A stretch of 64,000 nucleotides of DNA from a virus: IMG/VR virus record IMGVR_UViG_3300027708_000030, positions 66,973 through 130,972 of that record; one strand, written 5' to 3'. A program made the position numbers and the translations under genes. Each line of letters starts with the position of its first letter. Position 1 is the first letter of the stretch. This document shows, piece by piece, positions 9,212-19,931 of this stretch. Under the pieces are notes generated by a model. The model ran no database searches. It was not told the origin of the DNA and saw only the letters and a program-made list of their open reading frames with translations.

Positions 9212-12200
9212 ATGACCATTAATTTTAATGTATCGCCATATTATGACGACTACTCTGAGGAAGATAAATACCTCAGAGTATTGTTTCGTCCAGGATATCC
9301 AGTACAAGCGAGAGAATTAACACAACTGCAGACCATTCTGCAGAATCAAACTTCACGCTTTGGTGACCACATCTTTAAACAAGGTGCAATGGTTCTTCCA
9401 GGACAAATTTCATATGATGATACTTTTAATTATGTTAAACTTCAACCAACTTATAATGGTGTTTCTGTTGACACTTATATTGAAGAGATTGTCGGTTATA
9501 TTCTAGTTGGTAATACAACTGGTGTTAAAGGTAAGGTTGTTTATGCTGCACCTTCAACAACAACTGACTCTCCAACAATTTACATTAAATACATTGAGTC
9601 TGGTACAAATAATGTAACTAAGACCTTTGCTGCAAATGAAATTTTAACTACTGAAGACGCACCAACTGCTCGTGCATTTACAAGCGTGTTATCTGATGCT
9701 ACTGGTGTCGGTTCTGGTGCTTCCATTGAACGTGGTGTTTACTACATCAATGGTTTCTTCATGTTAGTTACTCCACAAACTATTTTACTTGACAAATACG
9801 ATAATGTTCCATCATATCGTGTTGGTCTAGAAATAACTGAAAGTATTGTTACACCTGAAGAAAATTCTGCGCTACAAGATAATGCACAGGGAACTTCTAA
9901 CTTTGCAGCTCCAGGTGCGCATCGTTATCAAACAACTTTAACACTTGCAACAAGAACGATTGAGACTACTGAAGATAAAGACTTCATTGAGTTACTCCGT
10001 GTTGTTGATGGTAGTATTCAATATAAAGTTCGTACAACTGACTATTCTATTTTAGAACAAACTCTTGCTCGTCGTACTTACGATGAGTCTGGTAATTATG
10101 TTGTTCGTAACTTCACTATGGATGTTCGTGAACATAGAAATAATAATCGTGGTGCGTGGAAAGAAAATACATCTTATCTAATTGGTGATGTTGCATATTA
10201 TAAAATTGGTGGAACCACTAACTATTATACTGCAACTACTGATGGTTCTTCTGGTTCTCAACCACCTATTCATTCTTCTGGTACAGCAACCGATGGTGTC
10301 GGTGGTGTTACATGGAGATATACTGCTGTAACAGATTTGCTTTATAATCGTGGTATTTTTGATCCAGCCACACAAGATGGCGATGCCACTAAATTGGCAC
10401 TTGGTATGGAACCAGGAAAAGCATATGTTCAAGGATATGAAATCGAGAAAATCGGTACTCAATATCTAACTATTGACAAAGCACGTGACTTTACTCGTGT
10501 TGCTGATACTCAAATTCAAACTACTGTTGGTAATTATATTCTTGTTACCAATATTAATAGTGTTCCACGTTTTGATGTTTTCCAACAAGTTGATCTATAC
10601 AGTCAAGTAACAGCATCTGCTGGTACTGCTGCAGGTTCTAAAATTGGAACTGCACGTATTCGTGGTATTGAACTCCATAGTCTTGGAGCGTCACGTGCTG
10701 CAGACGTATACAAATTACAACTATCCAGCGTATCATTGAATAGTGGTGTAAATTTCAATCGTCAAGTTAAACAGATTTACTACAATGCTGGTTCATCTAC
10801 CACTAACTTTACTGCTGACATCTCTCCGATTCAAACAGTATTGACTGGTTCTGTGACTGCGTCATCTTCAACTACACTTACAGGTGCTGGTACTAGATTC
10901 ACCACAGAACTACAAGTTGGTGATTACATTTATATCGGTTCTTCTTCTACTGTTCGTCGTGTTACTGCTATTTCAACTGATTTATCTTTAACAGTTAATG
11001 CCAATGTGACTGCAACTGCTGCTGCAATTTATCGTCTATCAACTGTATTATCTGAACCACAAAATTCTCCTTTAGTTTACCAACTACCATATTATGCTGT
11101 TCGTAAATTAAGAAGCGTGGATGATACTACTATTGGTACTTCTTATACTGTGATGCAGCGTTTTGTTCAAACATCTTCTACTTCATCTGGTGGAACTTGT
11201 ACTCTTACAATTAACGCTGTTGGTTCTGCAGACACATTCGGCTCTGCAGCTGAGAATACTAACTACCTGTTGGTTAATAATGCCACTGGTGGTGTTGTTA
11301 TTCCTAACTCAATTAACGTAGTTACTCCTTCACTTCGTCAAGTTATTTTTACCCTTGATGCTTCTGTTGCTTCAACTCAGTTTATTGTACATGCTGCAGT
11401 TCGTAAGACTTCTATTGATGCTAAAGAAAAAGCAAAAACTCTAACTTCTGCTGTAAAAACTATTACAGTAAAAACAACTGGTACTACACCAATTATTAAA
11501 TTGGGTAAAGCGGATGGATATCGTGTAACCAGTGTTAAGATGGATACTGGAACATGGGGATCACCAACTGGTACTTACTCGATTGAAATTGGTAATCAAT
11601 TTGATTTTGATGACGGACAACGTGACGACTACTATGATGTGGCATCTATTAGTTTGCGTCAAGGATATCCAGCACCAACTGCACCAATTCAAATCACTTT
11701 CCAATATTTTGAACATGGTACTGGTGACTACTTCTCAGTAGATTCATATACTGGTTCTGGTATTCGTTATGAAGATATTCCAATTTATTCTGGTACTGCT
11801 TTAAGAGATGCACTAGATTTCCGTCCACGTATTGATGATACTGGTGTAGATTTTAGTTCAGCTGGTTCTTCACCAACACAACTACCAAAACGTGGTGTGA
11901 ACGTAGAAACAGATATGTCATACTATCTTGCTCGTAAAGATAAAATTGCAATTGACTTCAATGGTAATTTCTTCCAAGTTAAAGGTGTGCCAGCTGTTAA
12001 TCCAGCAGAACCAGAAGATCCAGTTAATGGAATGGTTCTATACAAACTTTCTCTTGAGCCATACACATTTGGCACATCAACTAATAACGTAAGTGTAAGA
12101 TCTATTGATAACAAACGCTACACAATGCGTGATATTGGTTCTCTTGAAAAGCGTATTGATACACTTGAATATTACACTTCTTTATCTTTACTAGAACAAG

Positions 12201-15200
12201 AAACTGTAAGTTTAACTATTCCAGACGACCAAGGATTAGATCGTTTCAAGAATGGTTTTATTGTTGACTCGTTCTCTGGATCTGGTGTTGGTGATGCTTC
12301 CAATACAGATTACAGCTGTGCTATTGACATGGAGAATAAAGAACTCCGTCCATTCTATCGTATGGACAATGTCAATTTAATCGAAAAGAATTCTACATCT
12401 GCTCAGCGTACTGCAAGTAACTACGCTTTGACTGGTGATGTTATCACATTGCCATACACCAATATTTCTTTTATTAAACAGAATGTTGCATCCCGTGTTG
12501 AGAACATTAATCCATTTGCGATCTTTACATTTATCGGTAACATTAATCTAAACCCATCTTCTGATGAGTGGTTTGAAGTTGAACGTCGTCCAGATATCGT
12601 GAATAACGTAGAAGGTAACTTCAATGCTGTTTACAGTGCACTAGAAAAGTCTGGTGTTCTTGGTACAGTTTGGAATGCATGGCAAACTCAATGGACTGGT
12701 GCTGCAAGAATTTCAACACGTACATATGTCGGTGACAAACGTGGCGCAGGTGTTGCTGGTGCTGAGTTTGGTGGCGACCAGATGAATGCCTTGTTTGGTA
12801 ATGTTGAATCAGGATCTGGTTGGGCACATCGTGTTGTTACAACTCAAACTACTGCACGTGAAGTTGGTCTTGCAAGAACTGGTCTTAAAACTAGCGTTGT
12901 TGCTCAAATTGATAGACAACTGGTTGAAGATAAAGTTCTTTCAACTGCAGTTATCCCATTTATTCGTTCACGTGGTGTATTGATTCAAGCCAAAGGTTTT
13001 AAACCAAAGACTAAACTATATTCTTTCTTTGACAGCATTGGTGTTAATTCTTATATCCAACCAGCCACTAGAATTCCATTCGATGCGATTTCTGGTTTTG
13101 GTTCTGAATTTGATAGATACTCAAACGTGGGTTCTAACTCAACTGAAACTGCTCGTCGTATTTCTGGTGATCCGACTAAAGATACACAACCAGCATTAAA
13201 TCGTGGTGATGTTATTACTGGTTTAACTTCTGGTGCTACTGCAGTTTGTGTTGGATACGAAATTACTTCTACTGGAACTAAAGCGATTTATGTTCTAAAC
13301 ATCAAGGGAACATTCCAGTCTGGTGAAATTATGACTGGTTCTATCTCTGGTGCTCGTGGAACAATCAATTCTTCTGTAACTGTTAAAGTACAAGGTGATG
13401 ATGTAATCTCTAACTTTAATGGTGACGTATATGGATTATTCACTATTCCAAATACAGATGCATTAAGATTCCGTACAGGTATCAAAGAACTCCGTATCAC
13501 TGATAGTTCTGCAAATGCTGGTGATTACACTTCAGCTGGTAGCGTTCAGTATCGTGCACAGGGTATTCTTGAAACGAAACAGGCGACATTTAATGCTGTT
13601 CGTAATGCAACGATTGCACAAGAAGTTGTTAATGCAACTACCACTATCACAGAAACATCAGAGCGTGTTGTTGGTGATACTGGTTGGTATGACCCATTGG
13701 CACAAACATTCTTGGTACAACAAAAGGGTGGAGCATTCTTAACAGGTATTGATATTTTCTTTGCTACTAAAGATGATAATATTCCTGTGAATATTGAGAT
13801 CCGTGAAGTTGTCAACGGCTATCCAGGTAAAAAAGTTCTTCCATTCTCTAAGATGGCTTTGAACCCAGATAAAGTTTATCTGTCAGACAATAGCGTTACT
13901 GTTGAGGGTGCAACTTATCGTGCTCCAGATACACCTACTCGTTTCACATTCCCATCTCCAGTTTTTGTCAATGATGCGACTGAATATTGTATCGTATTGT
14001 CTTCTGATTCTAACAACTATCGTTGCTGGATTTCTCAGTTGGGCGATAAACAAGCAGGCACAGATCGCTTTATTTCTGAGCAACCATACGCTGGTGTATT
14101 CTTCAAGTCACAAAACGCTTCTACTTGGACTGCGGATCAAACACAAGACTTGATGTTTACGATTTACCGTGCACAGTTCTCAACTAATGTTATCGGTCAA
14201 GTAGATTTCGTTAATGATAGTTTGCCAAATAATGTACTGCAGAACGATCCATTCCAAGTAACTTCTGGTTCAAACAAAGTTCGTGTTTATCATCCTGACC
14301 ATGATATGTTCCCTGGATCTAAGGTTCGTATTCAAAATGTTGCAACTGGAACATACAATAATATTCCAAGCAGCCAGTTAAACGGCACACAAACCATTTC
14401 TGATATTGATTTAGATTCTTACACATTCACTGTTACCAATAATGCGAATGCTACTGGTTTCGTTGGTGGTGTTGGAGTTGAAGCGACTGATAACGTGCAG
14501 TTTGATGTTGTTCAACCAATCGTTCAAGTTCAATCATTCTCACAGACTAATGTTGATTATAGCATTAAGTCTACAACTGGTCGTTCTGTTGATGGTATTG
14601 AAGTACCATATATCAAACAGACTTCTGGGGATGCAGTAATGATTAATCAATCAAATGTATATGATTCTCCAAGAGTTATTGGTTCTGACGTAAATGAATC
14701 AAATTTCTTAAGTGGTGATAAATCTTTAACATTCTCTGCACAGATCTCCACTACAAATGATTCAGTATCTCCTGTGATTGATACTCACAGAACTTCATTG
14801 ATCTGTATCCATAACAAAATTAATAATGCGACTCAGACAAATACTAATATTTCTCCAATAGATAATAGAACAGCGACTTCTGCAAAGACTACCATTGCCT
14901 TTACGACAACTGGTATCTCCACAGCAGATGCCACTACTAAGTTAGACTTACTAACTATCGGTGTTGGTCGTTACGTGACTATCTCTGGTGCTGCAGATGC
15001 TGGTAATAATGGAACATTCCTTGTAACTGGAACATCTGTTGATGGAGCCACTGTCACATTGAATAGTACATTTACTGCTCGTGCAGCTGGTTCTGGAACA
15101 GCAGGTACAATTACAGTGGTTTCACTGGATAAATTCTTTGATGAAATCGCACCTGTAAATGGTTCACAACATAGCAAATATGTAACACGTAGAATTAACC

Positions 15201-15508
15201 TTGCAAACCCATCTTCTTATCTAAAGATTCGTTTTGCGATTAATCTTCCTACAAATGCTTCTGTGGATGTTTACTACAAGTTAAACAATGTTGGTTCTAA
15301 TATTGACTTCAATACAGTACCATATACATTGATTAGCCCAGATGCCGTGATTCCTAAGACTACCTTCCCAGAGTCATTCTATGATGTTCAGTATTCTGCG
15401 AAAAATCTGACTCAGTTTGATGCAATTACGGTGAAGATCGTATTCAGATCCACAGTTTCTGCTGAAGTGCCGAGACTTAAAGATCTCCGTGTAATCGCCT
15501 GTGCATAA
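9212..15508 (+). CDS. Large virion structural protein, VrlC/DUF4815-like
   Basis: N-terminal NVSPYYDDY..VLFRPGYPVQARELTQLQTILQNQ, APGAHR, LARRTYDESG, DPLAQTF, FKSQNASTW and terminal PRLKDLRVIA. Typical position after gp8 in cyanophage-like T4 relatives. Confidence 0.85.
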   Translation: MTINFNVSPYYDDYSEEDKYLRVLFRPGYPVQARELTQLQTILQNQTSRFGDHIFKQGAMVLPGQISYDDTFNYVKLQPTYNGVSVDTYIEEIVGYILVGNTTGVKGKVVYAAPSTTTDSPTIYIKYIESGTNNVTKTFAANEILTTEDAPTARAFTSVLSDATGVGSGASIERGVYYINGFFMLVTPQTILLDKYDNVPSYRVGLEITESIVTPEENSALQDNAQGTSNFAAPGAHRYQTTLTLATRTIETTEDKDFIELLRVVDGSIQYKVRTTDYSILEQTLARRTYDESGNYVVRNFTMDVREHRNNNRGAWKENTSYLIGDVAYYKIGGTTNYYTATTDGSSGSQPPIHSSGTATDGVGGVTWRYTAVTDLLYNRGIFDPATQDGDATKLALGMEPGKAYVQGYEIEKIGTQYLTIDKARDFTRVADTQIQTTVGNYILVTNINSVPRFDVFQQVDLYSQVTASAGTAAGSKIGTARIRGIELHSLGASRAADVYKLQLSSVSLNSGVNFNRQVKQIYYNAGSSTTNFTADISPIQTVLTGSVTASSSTTLTGAGTRFTTELQVGDYIYIGSSSTVRRVTAISTDLSLTVNANVTATAAAIYRLSTVLSEPQNSPLVYQLPYYAVRKLRSVDDTTIGTSYTVMQRFVQTSSTSSGGTCTLTINAVGSADTFGSAAENTNYLLVNNATGGVVIPNSINVVTPSLRQVIFTLDASVASTQFIVHAAVRKTSIDAKEKAKTLTSAVKTITVKTTGTTPIIKLGKADGYRVTSVKMDTGTWGSPTGTYSIEIGNQFDFDDGQRDDYYDVASISLRQGYPAPTAPIQITFQYFEHGTGDYFSVDSYTGSGIRYEDIPIYSGTALRDALDFRPRIDDTGVDFSSAGSSPTQLPKRGVNVETDMSYYLARKDKIAIDFNGNFFQVKGVPAVNPAEPEDPVNGMVLYKLSLEPYTFGTSTNNVSVRSIDNKRYTMRDIGSLEKRIDTLEYYTSLSLLEQETVSLTIPDDQGLDRFKNGFIVDSFSGSGVGDASNTDYSCAIDMENKELRPFYRMDNVNLIEKNSTSAQRTASNYALTGDVITLPYTNISFIKQNVASRVENINPFAIFTFIGNINLNPSSDEWFEVERRPDIVNNVEGNFNAVYSALEKSGVLGTVWNAWQTQWTGAARISTRTYVGDKRGAGVAGAEFGGDQMNALFGNVESGSGWAHRVVTTQTTAREVGLARTGLKTSVVAQIDRQLVEDKVLSTAVIPFIRSRGVLIQAKGFKPKTKLYSFFDSIGVNSYIQPATRIPFDAISGFGSEFDRYSNVGSNSTETARRISGDPTKDTQPALNRGDVITGLTSGATAVCVGYEITSTGTKAIYVLNIKGTFQSGEIMTGSISGARGTINSSVTVKVQGDDVISNFNGDVYGLFTIPNTDALRFRTGIKELRITDSSANAGDYTSAGSVQYRAQGILETKQATFNAVRNATIAQEVVNATTTITETSERVVGDTGWYDPLAQTFLVQQKGGAFLTGIDIFFATKDDNIPVNIEIREVVNGYPGKKVLPFSKMALNPDKVYLSDNSVTVEGATYRAPDTPTRFTFPSPVFVNDATEYCIVLSSDSNNYRCWISQLGDKQAGTDRFISEQPYAGVFFKSQNASTWTADQTQDLMFTIYRAQFSTNVIGQVDFVNDSLPNNVLQNDPFQVTSGSNKVRVYHPDHDMFPGSKVRIQNVATGTYNNIPSSQLNGTQTISDIDLDSYTFTVTNNANATGFVGGVGVEATDNVQFDVVQPIVQVQSFSQTNVDYSIKSTTGRSVDGIEVPYIKQTSGDAVMINQSNVYDSPRVIGSDVNESNFLSGDKSLTFSAQISTTNDSVSPVIDTHRTSLICIHNKINNATQTNTNISPIDNRTATSAKTTIAFTTTGISTADATTKLDLLTIGVGRYVTISGAADAGNNGTFLVTGTSVDGATVTLNSTFTARAAGSGTAGTITVVSLDKFFDEIAPVNGSQHSKYVTRRINLANPSSYLKIRFAINLPTNASVDVYYKLNNVGSNIDFNTVPYTLISPDAVIPKTTFPESFYDVQYSAKNLTQFDAITVKIVFRSTVSAEVPRLKDLRVIACA

Positions 15509-15509
15509 C

Positions 15510-15734
15510 ATGGAATTTTTAAAGGTAAAGGGGATGGATGGTTTATTTCGAGATACATCAAACCAAGCTATCCTAAATAATAATAGTAAAGAATATGGGG
15601 CTTATGTTGCTCGAAGAGATGCAGCTAGGGTTCAAAAACAAGAACTAGAGAGACAAGGTAAAGAATTACAGGATGTTAAGTCTGAGATTTCTGAGATTAA
15701 ACACATGCTTCAAATTCTTATAAATAAACAATAA
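15510..15734 (+). CDS. Small conserved coiled-coil hypothetical protein
   Basis: ATG at 15510 preferred over the GTG at 15501. L.RD..S.AI.N motif and a C-terminal coiled coil; usual position after the VrlC-like gene. Confidence 0.75.
   Translation: MEFLKVKGMDGLFRDTSNQAILNNNSKEYGAYVARRDAARVQKQELERQGKELQDVKSEISEIKHMLQILINKQ
15719..15726 (+). promoter_or_regulatory. T4-type late promoter TATAAATA
   Basis: Exact consensus at the start of the fibre array; gp55 is encoded in the window. Confidence 0.7.
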
Positions 15735-15943
15735 TGGCACTCCAAACTCCAGTTACTACCGTACCGCAAACTGACTCCTTTGACCAGTGGCGAGTTAAGA
15801 CCAATTCGGTTATTACACAATCTAACCAGAATGTGGTGAATGTTGGCGATCTAGCCACGTTGGCTGGTGGAGAAACAACTATTGTGGACGCTGTAAATGG
15901 CGGACGAAACTTTTCAATTGCAATTTCAATCGCATTAGGATAA
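15734..15943 (+). CDS. Small fibre-attachment protein (TDSFDQWRVKTN N-terminus, SIALG C-terminus)
   Basis: Preceded by late promoter TATAAATA. C-terminal AISIALG is shared with 41157..41552. Confidence 0.7.
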   Translation: MALQTPVTTVPQTDSFDQWRVKTNSVITQSNQNVVNVGDLATLAGGETTIVDAVNGGRNFSIAISIALG

Positions 15944-15948
15944 AAAAC

Positions 15949-16272
15949 ATGGCGAACACTTTTAAGAATGCACTAGCACGAAACGTCGGAACTTCCGCTG
16001 TTACTGTGTATACTGCACCATCTAGTAAAAACTCAATCTGCATCGAACTAGACGTTTGTAATACCACAAACGCTGGTGTTACTGTTGATGCTTATATTAC
16101 TTCTAGTTCAGCAAACTACTACATCGTTAAGGGTGCTCCAGTTCCTGTTGGTGGTTCACTACAGATTATTGCTGGACAGAAAATCGTTCTGTCAAATACA
16201 GATGCTCTTAAAGTTGTTTCATCAACGGCTTCGTCATTAGACATTATAGCCAGCATTTTGGAAGATGTCTGA
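15949..16272 (+). CDS. Small beta-rich virion adaptor protein (MANTFK type), paralog 1
   Basis: AGGA RBS; paralog of 22086..22412 (YTAP..., PVP.G.S/TL, L...D.L/I). Confidence 0.75.
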   Translation: MANTFKNALARNVGTSAVTVYTAPSSKNSICIELDVCNTTNAGVTVDAYITSSSANYYIVKGAPVPVGGSLQIIAGQKIVLSNTDALKVVSSTASSLDIIASILEDV

Positions 16273-16274
16273 TC

Positions 16275-17477
16275 ATGCCGATTCAAAAAGGACCAGCTAA
16301 TCTAGGTACAGGAAGTGTTGATAGCACTGAGTTATCCAACACACTAGATCTTTCTGCCAAAACAGTAACATACAGAACAATCGTTGCTGGTGATATTGCT
16401 TCTAATGCAATCACTCCAGCCAAGATGGCTAATAGTGGTGCCGAGTTTGGTATGCGTAACCGCATCATCAATGGTGCGATGGTGATTGACCAGCGTAATG
16501 CGGGGGCTAGTGTAACTCCAGTTAACGCACAAACCACATTAGATAGATGGCAAGGGGGATTAAGTCAAACAGGAAAATACACCATTCAACAATCTACAAC
16601 CGCACCTACAGGTTTTAGAAATTCATTATTAATAACTTCAACTTCTGCGTATAGTTTGTTGGCGGGAGATAATTTTCAATTAAGTCAACCGATTGAAGGA
16701 TACAATATCGCAGATTTCAACTGGGGTACTGCTTCTGCTTCTTCAGTTACTTTATCATTTTGGGTTCGTTGCAGTTTGACTGGCACATTTGGGGGTGCTA
16801 TATACAATGGTTCGGCAAATAGATTTTATCCATTTAGTTATACCATTTCATCTGCTAACACATTTGAATACAAAACAATAACTATTACTGGAGATACTTC
16901 TGGAACATGGTCAACTGATAATTCTACTGGCATAAGAGTTATGTTTTGCTCTGCTGGTGCTGGTTCAACTTATTTAGGAACTGCTGGCGCATGGACAAGT
17001 AGTGTTATTTTGGGGGTTACTGGGCAAACAAACCTTGTGGCAACTAATGGCGCTACTTGGTATGTAACAGGCGTACAACTAGAAAAAGGCAGTACCGCAA
17101 CATCGTTTGATTACAGACCTTTTGGGACTGAGTTGGATTTGTGTCAAAGATATTTTACAAAAAGTCAAAGTTGGGCAGCTGCCGTTACTGCTGGTGAAGG
17201 ACAAGGTTTAATTGCGTGGAACGCAGTTACTACATCTGTAATAGCGGGGTGGGCTTCACATAAAGTATCAATGAGAACACAACCAACTATTACCATCTAT
17301 AGACAAGACGGCACAATTAATGCAACTAATAGATTTACTGATGGCGTTAATACTACTGGAACAGCTACTTGTCCAGAACCAGGAATAGAAGGATTTAGAT
17401 ATGTGTCAAATGCATCTAGTGGATTTACTGCTGGAACATATTATCAATTTTACTATACAGCATCTGCGGAGTTATAA
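16275..17477 (+). CDS. Putative fibre/receptor-binding protein, RNRIINGAM family copy 1
   Basis: Core RNRIINGAMVIDQRNAG...TGVQLEKG...LCQRY, variable C-terminus ending AEL; five paralogs in the window. Confidence 0.75.
   Translation: MPIQKGPANLGTGSVDSTELSNTLDLSAKTVTYRTIVAGDIASNAITPAKMANSGAEFGMRNRIINGAMVIDQRNAGASVTPVNAQTTLDRWQGGLSQTGKYTIQQSTTAPTGFRNSLLITSTSAYSLLAGDNFQLSQPIEGYNIADFNWGTASASSVTLSFWVRCSLTGTFGGAIYNGSANRFYPFSYTISSANTFEYKTITITGDTSGTWSTDNSTGIRVMFCSAGAGSTYLGTAGAWTSSVILGVTGQTNLVATNGATWYVTGVQLEKGSTATSFDYRPFGTELDLCQRYFTKSQSWAAAVTAGEGQGLIAWNAVTTSVIAGWASHKVSMRTQPTITIYRQDGTINATNRFTDGVNTTGTATCPEPGIEGFRYVSNASSGFTAGTYYQFYYTASAEL
16458..16513 (+). repeat. 56-nt dispersed direct repeat A (copies at 22485-22540 and 29835-29890)
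   Basis: AACCGCATCATCAATGGTGCGATGGTGATTGACCAGCGTAATGCGGGGGCTAGTGT; each other copy differs from this one at one position. Confidence 0.9.
17076..17135 (+). repeat. 60-nt dispersed direct repeat B (copy at 23112-23171; partial copy at 30473-30520)
   Basis: CAACTAGAAAAAGGCAGTACCGCAACATCGTTTGATTACAGACCTTTTGGGACTGAGTTG; 59/60 identical to 23112-23171. Confidence 0.9.
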
Positions 17478-17633
17478 ATGTATAAATTATTAAAATCAAT
17501 AAGAGGTGATGTAACGGCAGTTTTTCGTTTATCTGATGGTGCATCTATTCCTTTTAATCCAGACAACACAGACTACCAAGAATACTTAAAGTGGCTTGCT
17601 GAAGGTAATACTCCAGAACCTGCTGACGAATAA
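17478..17633 (+). CDS. 51-aa putative fibre chaperone (IP..DN.DYQEYL.W...GNTP family) copy 1
   Basis: Translated by hand: [58 protein letters not shown] lies in the upstream gene end. Below the ORF-track size cutoff. Confidence 0.85.
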   Translation: MYKLLKSIRGDVTAVFRLSDGASIPFNPDNTDYQEYLKWLAEGNTPEPADE

Positions 17634-17659
17634 ATAAAGAATAACAGAAGAGTAAATCA

Positions 17660-19582
17660 ATGGCATATATCGGATCACCACCAGCATATCAAGCATCTGG
17701 AGTTCGCCCACGTGATGAGTTCACGGCAGACGGCACACAGATTTGCTACCCATTATCACAATCTGTTCCAGGTTCTTTTGAATCAGGTGTAACGATTGTT
17801 CTTGATAACGTGCCACAACAACCAGTTGAAGCATTTACTGTTGTTGATACTACAACACTAACTTTTACTGCTGTTACTGGCACATTTACAAAGAACGAAA
17901 CAGTTACTGGTGGAACCAGTTCTGCAACTGGTACTGTCTTAAAAGTCAATCTTGGAAGCATCGTTGTTCGTGGACTTACTGGTACATTTGCTAGTGGTGA
18001 GACGATTACTGGTGGTTCTTCTTCTGCAAGTGGAACTTCTGCTGTTGTTAGCACAAATACAGGTTCTGGCATTTTATTCTCAGAAATCCCAGCATCTGGT
18101 GCATTCCTTTATGTTGTGCATGAAGGTAATGCAACTTATAATCTAGTTCCAGCTGCAGCATCAGTTTCAGCTACTCAGTTGGCAGACAATCTAAGAAACT
18201 TTACTGTTGATACATTTACTGGTGATGGTTCTACAACTGCATTTAATCTTTCAGCAATTCCTGCATCTGGAAATGCGATTCTAGTTTCTGTTGATGGTAT
18301 TTTCCAAACAGTTACTACAAACTATACACTGTCTTCAAATACAGTAACATTTACTGCTGCTCCAGATTCTGGCTCAGCAATTACAATTATTCATCTTGGA
18401 TTTAGCACTGCATCTAGAACTGGTCTAGTTGATGGTTCAGTTACTCCAGCCAAGTTAAGTTCTGGTGCTCCACTATGGAATACTTCGAGCAATCTAGGTG
18501 TTGGTGTTACTCCAGTGACATTTAAAGGTACACTACAAGTTGGTACTATTGGTTATACTGATACTGGTATCCTTGCTGGATTTGCTTCAAGTGTTGCTGG
18601 ATATAATCAGATTATTTTACAGAATACTAACTCTGGTTCTACATCATCCACAAACTTCAATGTGTCAAATAACAATGGCACAACAACTACTAACTATGGT
18701 GAGTTTGGTATTAACTCATCTGGATTTACTGGCACTGGCTCATTTAGTCAGGCTGGATATACTTACTTGGCATCAGCATCAACTGATCTAGCCATCGGTA
18801 CTTACGGTTCAAATGCTATTCACTTTGTTGTAAATAGTGGTGCAACTGATGCAGCAATTATTGATACTGCTGGTCAAATTGGTATTGGTGCAACTCCAGC
18901 TACATGGGGTACGAGTAAAGCACTTCAAATTGGTTTAGCTGGTGCTTTTAGTGGTCAAACAGGTGCTAAAACTGCAGAAGTTACATCCAACGCTTACTTA
19001 AATAGTGGTTGGAAATATCTTACTAGTGGCGATAAGGCAACTTTATATTATCAATATGCTGGTGCTCATACTTTCAATGCTTCAGCAGCAACAGGTTCTG
19101 CTGGTAATGGTATTACATGGGATGCTGGTACAACAATAAATCCTTATGGTGTCGGTGTTGGTGGTGCAACACCATCTAGTGGTATCGGTATCGCATTCCC
19201 TGCAACTCAAGTCGCTTCTACTGATCCAAACACGCTAGATGATTATGAAGAAGGTACTTTTACAATGACATATAATGCAGGAACAATTTCTAGTCAAAGT
19301 GGTCAATACACAAAAGTTGGTAGATTAGTAACTGCTACTTTTCAAATTAATTGGACTGCCTCTGGAACATCTTTAGGGCAAATTGGTGGACTTCCATTTA
19401 ATGTATCTACAATTAACTACGGTGGAACTCATTCAAGAGAATGGTATAATACTGGAAATTCCGTACAATGTGTAATGAGTACTGGTGCAGCAACTATGGA
19501 TTTATTCTTTTACAATGGTGGTAGAGGAGTATCAAATGGATCTATATACGGTGTATCAGGAACAGTTGTTTATAATACGTAA
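17660..19582 (+). CDS. Fibre protein with MAYIG N-terminus, FTGDG-type beta domains and DDYEEG tip domain
   Basis: G/S/T-rich; two FTxDG..F.L..V.DG..Q..F..AP domains; TLDDYEEGT...YTKVGRLVT tip shared with 32184..32945. Confidence 0.75.
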   Translation: MAYIGSPPAYQASGVRPRDEFTADGTQICYPLSQSVPGSFESGVTIVLDNVPQQPVEAFTVVDTTTLTFTAVTGTFTKNETVTGGTSSATGTVLKVNLGSIVVRGLTGTFASGETITGGSSSASGTSAVVSTNTGSGILFSEIPASGAFLYVVHEGNATYNLVPAAASVSATQLADNLRNFTVDTFTGDGSTTAFNLSAIPASGNAILVSVDGIFQTVTTNYTLSSNTVTFTAAPDSGSAITIIHLGFSTASRTGLVDGSVTPAKLSSGAPLWNTSSNLGVGVTPVTFKGTLQVGTIGYTDTGILAGFASSVAGYNQIILQNTNSGSTSSTNFNVSNNNGTTTTNYGEFGINSSGFTGTGSFSQAGYTYLASASTDLAIGTYGSNAIHFVVNSGATDAAIIDTAGQIGIGATPATWGTSKALQIGLAGAFSGQTGAKTAEVTSNAYLNSGWKYLTSGDKATLYYQYAGAHTFNASAATGSAGNGITWDAGTTINPYGVGVGGATPSSGIGIAFPATQVASTDPNTLDDYEEGTFTMTYNAGTISSQSGQYTKVGRLVTATFQINWTASGTSLGQIGGLPFNVSTINYGGTHSREWYNTGNSVQCVMSTGAATMDLFFYNGGRGVSNGSIYGVSGTVVYNT

Positions 19583-19641
19583 TTTAAATTAACTAACCCA
19601 TATTAGGTTAGTCGGACTTTTTAACAACAGGAGAAATCAAA

Positions 19642-19899
19642 ATGGCTTTAACAAAAGAACAAGTAATCGACAAAGTAGAAGTAGTGGAAAACGGTACTCT
19701 ACAAGTTCGTGAAGTAACAAGAATTATGGAAGATGGTAAGCAATTATCTTCTTCTTATCATCGTTGGAGTTTTGCACCGAACAGTGATGTTTCTGCAATG
19801 CCTGCGAATGTACAAGCAATTGCTGCAGCTGCATGGACTGCTGAAGTTATCGCTGCATACGAAGCACAAGTAGCTGCAAATGCTACACCAAGCGTATAA
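19642..19899 (+). CDS. Small putative chaperone of the DDYEEG-type tip
   Basis: AGGAG RBS; 85 aa; directly follows the DDYEEG fibre. Confidence 0.7.
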   Translation: MALTKEQVIDKVEVVENGTLQVREVTRIMEDGKQLSSSYHRWSFAPNSDVSAMPANVQAIAAAAWTAEVIAAYEAQVAANATPSV

Positions 19900-19902
19900 A
19901 TA
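19895..19902 (+). promoter_or_regulatory. T4-type late promoter TATAAATA
   Basis: Exact consensus 30 nt upstream of the 19932 gene. Confidence 0.75.
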
Positions 19903-19931
19903 GTTAGAACTAGAAACCACAGAGACCAAAG

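Noticed and set aside
19592-19612. Hairpin ACTAACC-CATATTA-GGTTAGT as a terminator
   Set aside because: Weak AT-rich 7-bp stem, T-run not adjacent, and it lies between a fibre gene and its likely partner.
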